Origin: an uncultured Verrucomicrobiae bacterium
Lineage (GTDB): Bacteria > Verrucomicrobiota > Verrucomicrobiia > Chthoniobacterales > SZAS-18
Assembly: GCA_963811545.1 (NCBI GenBank)
Contig: CAWERT010000014.1
Coordinates: forward strand, 62,635 to 126,634
Direction: 5' to 3'
Length of the DNA: 64,000 nucleotides
Positions within the stretch are counted from its first letter, which is position 1. Each line of letters opens with the position of its first letter. Positions 1-10,432 of this stretch are shown here, piece by piece. The translations under genes and the position numbers were made by a program. Below the pieces are notes generated by a model, which worked only from the letters and a program-made list of their open reading frames with translations, searched no databases and was not told the DNA's origin.

Positions 1-194
1 CGGCCCCGAGCCGTTGAAATTAAAGTTCCCGGCTCTCGGCAGGGTATCGAAATTCTGGCTGTACGTGGGACCGGTAATCGAAATGGAGGTGCTCTGCGCG
101 CGAAGATCGCCGGCCAGAACAGTGACAAAATCCCCACGACAGCGAGCCGGGTCGACCGCCCTGATCGTCGACGGATTTGGGCCACATCAGTCAT
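1..194 (-). CDS. N-terminal part of a secreted protein; continues past the window start, with an apparent frameshift near 91-110
   Basis: Reverse-strand ATG at 194 gives MTDVAQIRRRSGRSTRLAVVGILSLFWPAIFA, which is signal-peptide-like. A second frame then reads AQSTSISITGPTYSQNFDTLP...NFNFNGSG. Each piece is under 60 aa, so neither appears in the ORF track. Confidence 0.3.
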   Translation of the reverse strand, partial: MTDVAQIRRRSGRSTRLAVVGILSLFWPAIFARRAPPFRLPVPRTARISIPCREPGTLISTARG

Positions 195-297
195 GGCGTC
201 GATACGTTCCACGGCACATCCTAGGCCAAATCGGTGCGCTCCACCCGCGTTTTCTCCTGGTTCTGTTACTGCTACGGTGCCTGTGACTGATCTGTGT

Positions 298-440
298 TTT
301 AGACGGAGAACGCGGAGGCACGGAGGAACTGCCTTAACCGCAGAATAACGCCGCTTCACGCAGATTCGCGAGAGGCTTGGTAGGAATGAACAAACAATAA
401 CGCTCACGCGGAGACGCAGAGACGTCGTGCGAGTTCGTGC
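298..440. repeat. intergenic short-repeat cluster (cggag, aaccgcaga and acgcagag modules)
   Basis: Contains agacggagaacgcggaggcacggagg, ttaaccgcagaataacgcc..cacgcagattcg and ctcacgcggagacgcagagacg. The same module types recur throughout the window. Confidence 0.5.
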
Positions 441-544
441 TTGCCATCCGGCGGTCGGTCGCTCCCTTACGATGCCTCAGCCTGCCGCAGAAGATTGTTC
501 CCACTGCGACCAAACCACTCGACCTACCTGAATGAGACGGATCT

Positions 545-1992
545 TTGCTTCCTGTTGCCTCCGCCCTCTTCCTGGCCTGCGCCGCTGCGCAGGCGGCGGA
601 CAAGCCCAACATCGTCCACATCGTCGCCGACGACCTCGGCTGGAAGGACGTCGGCTTCAACGGCTGCACGGACATCAAGACGCCGAACATCGACGCGCTC
701 GCCGCCGGCGGCGCGAAGTTGACGCAGTTCTACGTCCAGCCGATGTGCACGCCGACGCGCGCGGCGCTGATGACGGGCCGCTATCCGTTCCGCTACGGCC
801 TGCAGACGATGGTCATTCCCGGGCCGGCCGGCTACGGCCTCGACACCGAGCGAGTGGCTCCTGCCGCAGTGCCTCAAGGACGCCGGCTACACGACCGCCA
901 TCATCGGCAAGTGGCACCTCGGCCACGCCGACACGAAGTACTGGCCGAAGCAGCGCGGCTTCGATTACCAGTACGGCGCGATGATCGGCGAGCTGGACTA
1001 CTACACGCACGGCGACGCCGGCGTGCTCGACTGGTTCCGCGACAACAAGCCGGTCGAGGAAAAGGGCTACACCACCCAGCTCATCGGCAACGACGCCGTG
1101 AAGTTCATCAACGCGCAGAGCGCGGCGAAGCCGTTCTATCTCTACCTCACCTTCAACGCCCCGCACACGCCGTATCAGGCGCCGCAGGAATACATCGACC
1201 GCTACAAGGACATCGCAGGATCCGACGCGCCGGATCTACGCGGGCATGGTCGCTTGCCTCGACGACGAAATCGGCCGCGTGGTCGCCGCGCTCGACAAGA
1301 AGGGATTGCGCGACAACACGCTGATCATCTTCCACAGCGACAACGGCGGCACGCAGAACGCGATGTTCGCCGGGTCAGATGGCGGACATGTCGAAGATCA
1401 AGATTCCCTGCGACAACGGCCCGTATCGCGACGGCAAGGGCACGCTCTTCGAGGGCGGCAGCCGCGTGCGCGCGCTGCGCCAACTGGCCCGGCCACATCA
1501 AGGCGGAGACCGTGGACGGCATCATCCACGCCGTGGATATCTATCCGACGCTGGCCGCGCTGGCCGGCGCCTCGACGGCCAAGTGCAAGCCGCTCGACGG
1601 CGTGAACGTCTGGGGCACCATCGCCGAGGGCAAGCCGTCGCCGCGCACGGAAGTCGTCTACAACGTCGAGCCGTTCCGCGCCGCGATTCGGCAGGGCGAT
1701 TGGAAACTCATCTGGCGCACGCTGATTCCCACGAGCGTGGATCTCTACAACCTCGCGGAGGATCCGTCCGAGAAAAACAACGTCGCCGCCGCGCATCCCG
1801 ACAAGGTGGCCGCGATGCAGGCGCGCATCGACGCGCTCGGCAAGGAAGCCGCCAAGCCGCTGGCGCTGAAATATGTCGCGTCCGTCGGATTGGCGCACGG
1901 CAAGCCGCTCCTGGGATCCGAAGGCGCAAAGACCCCCGCGACTGCCGGCGATCATGGAGCCCTCGATCACCGACGAAGGCGCCGGCGATTAA
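545..1992 (+). pseudogene. formylglycine-type arylsulfatase family protein, at least 4 frameshifts
   Basis: Signal peptide MLPVASALFLACAAAQA, then IVADDLGWKDVG and the CTPTRAALMTGRYP (C-x-P-x-R) motif. Later conserved blocks [41 protein letters not shown] and [11 protein letters not shown] lie in alternating frames. The 3' end at 1992 is inferred. Confidence 0.85.
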
Positions 1993-1999
1993 CTCCCTC

Positions 2000-2340
2000 A
2001 CCACCAAGGAATCCAAGGACACCAAGTCTGACGAGGAACCGCAGATTTGCGCAGATTAAGGATCGGCTTGGCAGGAACGCCGAAGTATTCACCTCACGCA
2101 GAAACGCAAAGGCGCGGAGAATTTACCGGCTAACATTTCGCACGGGGCTCACGGATGACACGGAGAATGCCGACCAAAAATCCTTTGAGTTTCTTGCGCC
2201 TCCCTGCGGCCTATGCCGTCCCCGAAGCATCTGCGGAAATCTGCGTTAATCTGCGGTTGAAAAACTCAGTGTCCTCCGTGAGCACTGTGCGAAACCTGCC
2301 TTAAAAATTCGTGTTCCTTTCGTGTTCATTCGTGGTTCCC
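2000..2340. repeat. composite palindromic intergenic element (aatctgcg-type inverted arms plus internal modules)
   Basis: Left arm aaccgcagatttgcgcagattaag at 2037. Right arm atctgcggaaatctgcgttaatctgcggtt at about 2229-2258, followed by cagtgtcctccgtgagcactgtgcg and attcgtgttcctttcgtgttcattcgtggttcc. Near-identical copy at 4625-4930. Confidence 0.85.
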
Positions 2341-3053
2341 ACTTGCTTTATTTCGCCGCCGGGCTGAGCGCGGGCAGAGGAAGTCTTTGACCACATGCCC
2401 ATCGGGTGACCTGACGGATCCAGAGAAAAGGGCGATGGCCCCTCGCCCCTCGGAATGATTAACGGAAATCCTGATCGCCTTTTCCGTCGTCAGCAACGCG
2501 CGCGTGTGGAGCGCGAGAGTTTTCAACGACGCATCCAGCATCCCTGGCGAAGTCGCCCCGATGGCGTCGGAAATCACATAAGGGCGATAGCCATTTTCGG
2601 CCGCGTCGCGCGCGTGAGAGGAGATGCATGCCTCCGCCAGCATGCCGGCGAGATAGATTTCCTTCGCACCCAGGCGCGAAAGCTCGGGCTGAAGCGTGCC
2701 CGCCCAAAAGGCGGAGAAACCCTGGCGCGGTCGCAAGGTGATGTCGCCCGCCTGGGGAACGACTTCCTCCAGAATTCGACGCCGGGCGTTCCTTTCAAGA
2801 GGAGCCGATTTTCAATGATGACCTGCTGTATCGCGGTCAGGGGTTCGACCGCCGGCTCGGAGGAATGGTCGAGCGCAATGGGCGAATGGATCACGGTGAC
2901 ACCGGCTGCGCGGGCCGCCGACGCAAGGCGATGCAGCCTGGCGGGTACGTCGTTCTGTTCGACCGTGGCGCGCACGAGCGCCCATGCTTTTCCCGAAGGA
3001 TGGAGCAGGTCGACTTGAGCTGAGGTGAGGAGGAGGACTTTCTTGTTTTTCAT
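2326..3053 (-). pseudogene. isochorismatase-family hydrolase with one frameshift (about 2775) and a chimeric C-terminus
   Basis: MKNKKVLLLTSAQVDLLHP...VTVIHSPIAL in one frame; RPRQGFSAFWAGTLQPELSRLGAKEIYLAGMLAEACISSHARDAAENGYRPYVISDA in the next. The last roughly 40 codons (SEGRGAIALF...) belong to the duplicated VOC-gene tail. Confidence 0.7.
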
Positions 3054-3148
3054 GCCCGCAGTTAAGCCCGGGGCACCGGATCGCTCCGTGACCTGAATCA
3101 CAGTGCGCGCAAAATTTCCTCCGCCCCGGTTGTGCGTTAGGATTGCCC

Positions 3149-3814
3149 ATGACCCCGGTGATGCGCGCGGAGCTGTTCTTCCCCTTCCTCGGCAAACTGT
3201 CCGCACCGCTTCGTCTCCGGCTGAACCGGGAAGCCCGGCAAACGACGGCTCGAAAAGGTCGGCTGCTGCTCAGCCGTGGCGATCGCGCCGACGGCGCCTA
3301 TCTGGTGCTGGCCGGCCAGCTCGAGGTCTATGCGCTGCGCGCCGATGGCCGGGAAACAACCCTTTATCGGATTCGCCGCGGCGAGACCTGTCTGTTTGCG
3401 CTCAATTCCGTCTTCTCCGGTGTCGCTTACCCGGCCTGGGTCCGCGTCGTGGTCGACGCGAACATTCTCTTCCTCCCGGGCTCGCTGGTGCGCGATCTGC
3501 ATGACCGCGAAAAGGCGGTGCGCGACTGGGCCTTCGCGGCGCAGTCGCGGCGCTTGCTGGATCTGGTTTCCACCCTGGAGGAAGTGCAGACTCTGTCGGT
3601 GGCCGAACGGCTCGGCAGCTACCTTGTTCGTGCCGCCAACGATCGAAACGAAGTGCGCGAAACGCATCAACAGATCGCGAACAGCCTGGGAACGGTCCGC
3701 GAGGTTGTCAGCCGTCATCTCAATCAATTCGCCCGCCGCGGCTGGATCACCAAAGCGCGGGGATGCCTCACGATCAGGGATCCCCGAGCACGAAATCGGG
3801 TCGCGCATCTCTAG
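3149..3814 (+). CDS. Crp/Fnr-family transcriptional regulator
   Basis: cNMP-binding-like N-terminal half (GDRADGAYLVLAGQLEVYALRADGRETTLYRIRRGE) and C-terminal HTH (ETHQQIANSLGTVREVVSRHLNQFARRGWI). Intact ORF. Confidence 0.85.
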   Translation: MTPVMRAELFFPFLGKLSAPLRLRLNREARQTTARKGRLLLSRGDRADGAYLVLAGQLEVYALRADGRETTLYRIRRGETCLFALNSVFSGVAYPAWVRVVVDANILFLPGSLVRDLHDREKAVRDWAFAAQSRRLLDLVSTLEEVQTLSVAERLGSYLVRAANDRNEVRETHQQIANSLGTVREVVSRHLNQFARRGWITKARGCLTIRDPRARNRVAHL

Positions 3815-3888
3815 CTTTGGAGGACGCCAATCGGCGCCCGCCTGGGGTTCTCCCTTTCCATCGATCCGATCCAGGCCCAGAGTGCCGC

Positions 3889-4509
3889 ATGGCTTCAGCG
3901 CGATTCGATGCCATCGCCTTCGATCTATTGACGGCGTTGATCGACAGCTGGTCGCTTTGGTCGGCGGTGGCTGGAGAGGAAAAACTCGGTCGCGCGTGGC
4001 GCCGGGCGTCGTTGGCGCGGGTCACGGCAACGGGCGTGTATCGACCCTATGAAGCCGTTGTCCGCGAGTCGGCGGTCGAGGTGGGTCTTCCCGCAGCGAA
4101 GGCCGACGCTTTGATCGCGCGCTGGCCTGAGTTGCGAGCATGGCCGGAGGTGCCGGGAATAATGCAGCGACTTCGGGGGCGTCGCCTGGCGATTGTGACC
4201 AACTGCTCGCAGCGCCTGGCGGAGCTGGCCGCAGCGGCCACCGGCGGGGGGTTTGAAATCATCATGAGCGCGGAGCAAGCGGGCTACTACAAGACGTCTC
4301 CGCAGGCTTACCAGGCGGGATTGGCGGCGCTGGGGCTTCCGGCAGACCGCGTGCTCTTTGTTGCCGGCTCGCCGCACGATGTGCCCGGGGCCGGCGCGGT
4401 CGGCATGCCGGTGTATTGGGCGAATCGGGCCGGCGCACCAATCCCGTCCGGCGCGCCTCCGCCTGTCATGATCGCGTCCGATCTCTGTCGCCTTCCCGAA
4501 ATGATCTAG
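3889..4509 (+). CDS. HAD-superfamily hydrolase (haloacid dehalogenase-like)
   Basis: N-terminal FDAIAFDLLTALID (motif I-like), LAIVTNCS (motif II) and LFVAGSPHDVPGAGAVG (motif III/IV-like). The ATG at 3889 was chosen over the upstream start given in the ORF track. Confidence 0.7.
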   Translation: MASARFDAIAFDLLTALIDSWSLWSAVAGEEKLGRAWRRASLARVTATGVYRPYEAVVRESAVEVGLPAAKADALIARWPELRAWPEVPGIMQRLRGRRLAIVTNCSQRLAELAAAATGGGFEIIMSAEQAGYYKTSPQAYQAGLAALGLPADRVLFVAGSPHDVPGAGAVGMPVYWANRAGAPIPSGAPPPVMIASDLCRLPEMI

Positions 4510-4574
4510 CGATCGGAGTGACATTGATTCTCACGATTAGGGTCCTGACCCCTTGTCCCCACGAACTTCCTAGG

Positions 4575-4930
4575 TCTCACAACGGAGGACACGAAAAACG
4601 CGGCGAGATCGCAGCACAGATTGAAACCGCAGATTTGCGCAGATTAAGTATCGACTTGGCAGGAACGCCGAAGAATTCACCTCACGCAGAAACGCAAAGA
4701 CGCGGCGAATTTGCCGGTAGAAATTTCGCACGGGGCTCACGGATGACACGGAGAATGCCGACCAAAAATCCTTTGAGTTTCTTGCGCCTCTTTGCGGCCA
4801 ATCCCGTCCCCGAAGCATCTGCGGAAATCTGCGTTAATCTGCGGTTGAAAAACTCAGTGTCCTCCGTGAGCACTGTGCGAAACCTGCCTTAAAAATTCGT
4901 GTTCCTTTCGTGTTAATTCGTGGTTCCCAC
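4575..4930. repeat. composite palindromic intergenic element, paralogue of 2000-2340
   Basis: Same arm and module order as 2037-2340, with only scattered substitutions by eye. Confidence 0.85.
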
Positions 4931-4935
4931 TTGCT

Positions 4936-5427
4936 CTATTTCGCCGCCGGGCTGGGCGCGGGCAGGGAAGCCTTTGACCACATGCCCATCGGGTGACCTG
5001 ACGGGTCCAAGAAAAGGGCAATGGCCCCTCGCCCCTCGGAAAGATTAAAAGGGAATCCAGGAACAATCTTGCCGCCCAACTGCTTAACGAGTTCGCAACT
5101 CACCACAATGTCAGCGACCTGCACATAAACCACGCCGTTGGCATCGCTGATCGTGCCATTCGCCACCCGCAGCGTCCCGATGCTCTTGCCATCCGCTACG
5201 ATTTCGACCGCCTTGTTCGTGGCCTTCAATTCCTCGAAGGTCCAGCCAAACAGCTTGCCGTAGAAATTCTTCGCCTCGTTCAGGTTGGTGGTGGTGATGT
5301 CGAACCACGCCACGCGTCCCACTCCCACGTCCGCGGGCGGCGTCCGGCCGAAGACCGCGGAGCAAGTGCCCGCCAAGAGAAGCATCGAGAACAAAAGCGG
5401 AACCAAAAATGAGCGTCGGTTTTTCAT
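4936..5427 (-). CDS. secreted VOC (glyoxalase/bleomycin-resistance fold) family protein
   Basis: MKNRRSFLVPLLFSMLLLAGTCSA signal peptide, then VAWFDITTTNLNEAKNFYGKLFGWTF...GRGAIALFLDPSGHPMGMW, typical of VOC domains. Confidence 0.75.
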   Translation of the reverse strand: MKNRRSFLVPLLFSMLLLAGTCSAVFGRTPPADVGVGRVAWFDITTTNLNEAKNFYGKLFGWTFEELKATNKAVEIVADGKSIGTLRVANGTISDANGVVYVQVADIVVSCELVKQLGGKIVPGFPFNLSEGRGAIALFLDPSGHPMGMWSKASLPAPSPAAK

Positions 5428-5579
5428 ATGGAAATGCCGTTCAATGGCCGAAGGAATGCTTGAGAACTCAAGCCCCAAAATTGAGCGATCGACTTGGCGC
5501 AAAGTAAAGTCTCAATGCGGCTGTGGTGTCACTCTGCCGGGGTGCCCCAGGCGAAGCGGGGAAGCCCGGGGGACCGTTC

Positions 5580-6580
5580 TTAACTGATCTGCACCACGAC
5601 CTTCCCTTTGGCCCGGCCCGTTTCGAGATACGCCAGCGCTTCCCTGGCTTGATCGAACGGAAACACCCGGTCGATGACCGGACGGATGATCCCCGCTTTG
5701 AGAAGCTCGCCAATTTCTGCGAGTTGGCTGTTGTCTGGATGCGCGAAGAGAAATGAATACGCGACGTCGTGTTTCTTGGCGAGGCGACGCACCTTGCGGC
5801 TCAAGAACCACAGCACAAACAGCACGACCGAGTTCATGCCCTGCGCCCGACCGAACGCGGGGTCCGGCGGCCCGACGAGCGAGATGACGCTGCTCCCAGG
5901 TTTCAGAATCTGGAAGGATTTCTCCAGCGATTCGCCCGGAACAGTGCCCAGCACGGCATCGTAGTCCCGCAGCACGTCTTCAAATTTCTGCTTTTGGTAG
6001 TCAATCACCACATCGGCTCCCAGGCCTCGCACCAATTCCGCGTTCCCGGCGCTGGTCGTGGTCGCCACGGTGGCGCCGAGGTGTTTCGCGAGCTGGATCG
6101 CAAACGTGCCAATGCCTCCGGCGCCGGCGGGGATGAACACCTTCTGGCCGCGCTTGAGCTGCGTCCGCTCCTTCAGCGCCTGCCACGACGTCAGCCCGAC
6201 CATCGGAATGGAGGCAGCCTGCACGAAGTCCAGATTCGCCGGTTTGAGTGCGGCCGCGTTTTCGGGCACGACCGCAAACTCAGCGAGAGCGCCCGTGCGC
6301 AGCCCGAAGATGTTGGCGAAGACGCATCGCCCGGCTTGAAACGCGTCACGTCACGGCCGACCTCAAGCACCACACCGGCCAAATCGCTGCCTTGGGTGAC
6401 GGGTAATTGAAGCCGGAGGACGGGCTTCATTTCCCCCGCCCGAATTTTGTTGTCCACCGGGTTCAAGCCAGCGGCGTGAACCTGAACGAGAATTTCGTCC
6501 GGCTCCGGCACCGGCCTGGGAATGTCAGAGAACGTGACGTGATCCGGTCCGCCATAGCGATTGAGAACAAGGGCTTTCAT
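5580..6580 (-). CDS. zinc-type alcohol dehydrogenase / NADPH:quinone oxidoreductase family, one 1-nt deletion near 6325
   Basis: MKALVLNRYGGPDHVTFSDIPRPVPEPDEILVQVHAAGLNPVDNKIRAG, then after the shift VFANIFGLRTGALAEF...GQKVFIPAGAGGIGTFAIQLAKHLGA (Rossmann GxGxxG). The break is at gatgcg-tcttc, where gcg gtc is expected. Confidence 0.85.
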
Positions 6581-6810
6581 ATCGTCGTCAGGTGCCGCGT
6601 CAGCCATTCCGAGACTTGCATTCCTCATTGTAGCGTAATTTCCCCATCTGGCGCAGACGACGCTCCGGGTTACGAAATCATGCGCGACCGGCGAGGCGGA
6701 AAGTAAAGTCTCAGAGCGAACGAGACGCCACGCTCCACGCCTAGTCAGATCCAGCAAAGATATCGCAACGGCACCCTCAGCAGGATAGGCTGAATTCATG
6801 TCTCTCCCGA

Positions 6811-7148
6811 TTGCCTGTCGCGCTCGCGGTCGGACTCGCTTTTGCGTTCTGTGCGCGGAAGGCAGCCGCAGCGCGCCCGCATATTACCGTGAAAGCCGGT
6901 CACTATGACGGGAGGCTTTGGACGGCTGTCACGAATGACGGAAACGTGACGATCACCCGCATGAAATGGGTCGTGAGATTTGTGAAGGGTCCAGCGGGTG
7001 AGCAAAGAGGAACTGATCAAGTATGTCTTACGGCCCGGTCAGACGGTTAACTTCACCAGCAATTTGGAGGTTCCCCCGGCAGGTCAGCACTGGCGAGCCG
7101 ATCACATCATCCTTTCCGTTTACGCGGCCGGAAAGTGGATCGAGCCCT
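6811..7148 (+). CDS. hypothetical small exported protein, probable frameshift near 6995
   Basis: The hydrophobic N-terminus LPVALAVGLAFAFCA...ITVKAGHYDGRLWTAVTNDGNVTITRMKWVVRFVKGPAG continues plausibly in the +1 frame as VSKEELIKYVLRPGQTVNFTSNLEVPPAGQHWRADHIILSVYAAGKWIEP*. Confidence 0.35.
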
Positions 7149-7164
7149 AAGTCGATTCGGATCG

Positions 7165-7496
7165 CTCACACGGAGCTGCACGAAGGCACGGAGAGGACTC
7201 AAAATCTGAGCGAAGCAAGCGCAGAGATCGCAAAGACGGCGATAGAAACGCGGATGACACGGAAGGACTGGCGGAACTAGGAAAGGCTACTCGAATGAAA
7301 CCACGAATTTTTTCGGACAGATCAGACGTTTCCTCCTCCGATTCCATTCGCGTCGATTCGTGTCAATTCGTCGGTTTCACGGCCTTCCGTTGGCGTTCTT
7401 GGATTTCTTGGTGGTGAACTCTGTTCTGAAAAATCTGCGGAAATCTGCGTTAATCTGCGGTTAAGGATCTTCTGCGTCTCCGCACCGCTGCGCGAG
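7165..7496. repeat. composite intergenic repeat cluster
   Basis: Modules cacggagctgcacgaaggcacggag, attcgcgtcgattcgtgtcaattcgtcgg and aatctgcggaaatctgcgttaatctgcggtt (about 7432-7462). Confidence 0.75.
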
Positions 7497-8063
7497 TCAC
7501 CCTCCGTTCTCTGCTCGGTACCAAACGTATACCAGTCCGTTGGCGAATTTGCGCTCACCGAGAAGCTCGAGATTCACGCGGACCTCGCGTGGAAAATACG
7601 GATTGCCGCCGCCCGCGATGACCGGCGCGATGAGCAGGTGAAATTCGTCGACCAGGCCGGCTCGAATGGCATGCGCGGCGAGCGTCGCTCCGCCCACCGC
7701 CAGGTCGCGGGTCGCTCCGGCCTTGAGCTCCCGGACAACCTCCGCGTCGAATTTCCGTTCGAGCCGCGTTTTGGGTGCAGTGACCGTCGGCAGCGTCGTC
7801 GAGTACACGATTTTTTCGGCCGCCTGCCAGATCGGCACGTACGCCAGCATGCCGGCGGTCGGATTCGGAATCACCTCCGGCGTCTCCCAAACGGCCATCG
7901 TCTCGTACACCTTGCGCCCAAAGAGATAGGTGCCGACGCGCCCTTCGCGTTCGTTGATGAAGGCGAAGACTTCCTCATCGAGCTCCGCCCATTCGAAGTT
8001 GCCGGTTTCATCCGCCACATACCCATCGAGCGACGTAAACGCGGAGTAGATCAGTTTGGCCAT
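7497..8063 (-). CDS. dihydrofolate reductase-family protein (RibD C-terminal domain-like)
   Basis: MAKLIYSAFTSLDGYVADETGNFEW...YLFGRKVYETM...LAVGGATLAAHAIRAGLVDEFHLLIAPVIAGGG, characteristic of the RibD_C/YwjB-like family. Intact. Confidence 0.8.
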   Translation of the reverse strand: MAKLIYSAFTSLDGYVADETGNFEWAELDEEVFAFINEREGRVGTYLFGRKVYETMAVWETPEVIPNPTAGMLAYVPIWQAAEKIVYSTTLPTVTAPKTRLERKFDAEVVRELKAGATRDLAVGGATLAAHAIRAGLVDEFHLLIAPVIAGGGNPYFPREVRVNLELLGERKFANGLVYVWYRAENGG

Positions 8064-8162
8064 CGTGCGTCCTCCTTTCTCCTTGCTGGAGTTGGCGGTT
8101 TCCCGGAGACGCAAATTCCCAGAGTTTACCAAATTTGGAACTCAGAATTCAATCTTTGGGGT

Positions 8163-8497
8163 CTGCGTGAGAGTACTTGGATTTCGCACGCAGAGCCGCA
8201 AAGGCGGGGCGAGACAGCACGGTCAGACCGCGAAGACGGACAACGACCGCGATGACGCGAGGACGCACAGATCACGGAGGACCTGGAGAGACGAACAACA
8301 AGATCTCTGCAGCCTCTGCCGTGAGGAATTCAATGTTATCGCGTGTCCTGCGGACAATTCGTATTCTGTGGCGAATCCGTCGAAAATCTGCGAAAATCTG
8401 CGTCAATCTGCGGTTGAAAAACTCAGTGCTCTCAGCGGGCTCCGTGTGAAACCTGTCCTTACCATTCGTGTCGGCTTCGTGTTGATTCGTGGTTCAC
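8163..8497. repeat. composite intergenic repeat cluster
   Basis: Contains acgcagagccgcaaaggcgg, aatctgcgaaaatctgcgtcaatctgcggtt (about 8384-8415), cagtgctctcagcgggctccgtgtg and attcgtgtcggcttcgtgttgattcgtggttc. Overlaps the 3' tail of the next ORF. Confidence 0.75.
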
Positions 8498-8996
8498 TTC
8501 TCGGCGGCTTTTTCTTCGCAGCGGGTTTGGCTTTGGCTTTCCCTTTGCCCATCGCGTCGCGCATCGCCTGATAGCCGGCGGCGTATTCCTTGACCGGGAG
8601 TTTGGCGATGGTGTTCTCAATCACATCGAGCGCGAGGTCCGACAACTTCTGGAAACGGAGGCAGCCCTGGCCCATGTCGAGTTTCTTGCCGCTCTTCTTG
8701 TATTGCGCGTCGAACCATTCGCGCAGCGCCGGCTGTCCGTAAAAGCAAAGCATGTGCAGCGAGATGCACGATTTCTGCGACACCAGGCTGACGAGCGGCA
8801 GCGCCACCTTGGGATTGCCGCCATAGCCGGCCGGATACGTCGACAGCGGAACGAACCAGCTGATCATGCCCCACTGGATTCCTTCCTCGTATCCCTTCGG
8901 CAGGGCCCGGTTGATGGCCTTGCGCACTTCGCTCAATGCCTCACGGCGATCCGCGGGGAGCGCGGCCAGGTATTCGGTCACGGTGGCTGCTGGCAT
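8403..8996 (-). CDS. DUF1801 (YdhG-like) domain protein with a Lys-rich, repeat-derived tail
   Basis: MPAATVTEYLAALPADRREALSEVRKAINRALPKGYEEGIQWGMISWFVP...CLRFQKLSDLALDVIENTIAKLPVKEY matches DUF1801-type proteins. The last roughly 30 codons run through the repeat cluster. Confidence 0.7.
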   Translation of the reverse strand: MPAATVTEYLAALPADRREALSEVRKAINRALPKGYEEGIQWGMISWFVPLSTYPAGYGGNPKVALPLVSLVSQKSCISLHMLCFYGQPALREWFDAQYKKSGKKLDMGQGCLRFQKLSDLALDVIENTIAKLPVKEYAAGYQAMRDAMGKGKAKAKPAAKKKPPRSEPRINTKPTRMVRTGFTRSPLRALSFSTAD

Positions 8997-9166
8997 GGGG
9001 CAGATTTACCAAAATGGATTTGATGCAGCGACTGTATTCTCAACAGCGCGCGTCCTTTCGACAGAAGAACTGTACCTTTGTATTTTTCCAACGAGCCCGG
9101 GCAGATTCGTCGGCATCCCCATTTGTCGTATTCCCTTGCCATCATGAAATCGGTATTTGTGGGCGC

Positions 9167-10349
9167 ATGCGTTCCCCCCTCCTCACCTCATTTCTCTTCG
9201 CGTCGGCCCGCTGGACTGCCCTCCTCGCGGCCGGCTGGCTCGCGCCGGCATCCGTTTTCGCCCAAGGCTCGCTCACGCCGCCGGGAGCACCCGTGCCGAC
9301 CATGCGGTCGCTCGACCAGATCGAGTCTCGCACCCCGATTAACGCCGCGACCACGCCGGGCAACGCCGGCGCGCTTTTCATCATCTCGACGGCCGGCTCG
9401 TACTACCTGACCGGGAACGTGACCGGCGTGGCCAGCAAGGTCGGCATCGCGGTCACGGTGAGCGATGTGACGATCGACCTGGGAGGCTTCACGATGACCG
9501 GCGTGGCGCTGGCCACCTCCGCCATCTCCTTCACCAACGTCGACCGCATTCACATCCACAACGGCCGGGTGCGAAACTGGCCGGCGGCCGGCATCAATGG
9601 AAACGGCGGCGATGGCGCGCGGCTGGACAACGTCGTTTGCGAGGCGAACGGAGCGCAGGGAGCGCTGCTGGGTCAGAACGCGGTCGTGACCAACTCTTTC
9701 TTCCGCAACAACACCGGCGCGAGCGGCAGCGGGTTGCAGGTCGACAACGGATCGGTCGTGACGCACTGCACGTCCCGGGGCAATGCGTTGCACGGCTTCG
9801 CCATCGGCAACGACTGCGAGGTCTCGGATTGCACAGCCCTGAGCAACACGGGCAACGGCTTCAATGTTCTCTCCGCCTCCCGCCTGCAGGGCTGCACCGC
9901 GACCAGTAATACGGGCGCCGGCTTCAGCGGCCTGAACCTGGCCCCCATCCTCGTCCACTGCATGGCCCGCACGAACACCGGTTCGGGGTTCGAGGTCGGC
10001 AGCGATGCCATCATCACCCAATGCACCTCCCATCAGAATGCCCACGGCTTCACCTGCGGCTCCGGAACGATGATCACCGGCTGTGTCAGTTCGACCAATA
10101 CCCCGGCAGGCAGGGGCCACTTCCGGGGCCGGCTTTCGCGTGACCGGCGCCACGGCGCGGCTCGAGGGCAACACGTCGCGCGGAAACAACCGCGGTTACG
10201 AAACCACCGTCACCAGCGTGCTGCTCATTCGCAATCTGGCGGACACCAACGGAACGAATTACTCCCTGACCGGCACGGGCTCCGGCGCCCTCGTCACCGC
10301 GGCCAACGTGGCCACCAACACCAACCCGCACGCCAATTTCGATTTCTGA
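9167..10349 (+). CDS. secreted right-handed parallel beta-helix repeat protein, one frameshift near 10095
   Basis: Signal peptide MRSPLLTSFLFASARWTALLAAGWLAPASVFAQG, then SLTPPGAPVPTMRSLDQIESRTPI, then repeated about 22-aa units (C/V)T(A/S)xxNTGxGF. The C-terminal piece GAGFRVTGATARLEGNTSRGNNRGYE is in the next frame. Confidence 0.7.
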
Positions 10350-10432
10350 CGCGGCGGATATCACACGAAGATGCCGATGCCCTTGGATTTCTGGTGGCAA
10401 ATGCCTGAAAGCTCGGTCAAACAAGAAATCGT

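Noticed and set aside
14-286. 90-aa plus-strand ORF at the window start
   Set aside because: The composition is not protein-like. The opposite strand carries a more plausible signal peptide plus a YSQNFDTLP-type secreted-protein start.
2229-2258. Possible CRISPR array, from the tandem atctgcg units seen here and at about 17 other sites
   Set aside because: The units are only 10-11 bp, occur 3 per arm with no unique spacers, and come as inverted pairs. No cas genes are present.
8936-9166. Upstream start for the beta-helix protein (ORF-track start 8936)
   Set aside because: It would overlap the divergent DUF1801 gene start. A clean signal peptide begins at the ATG at 9167.
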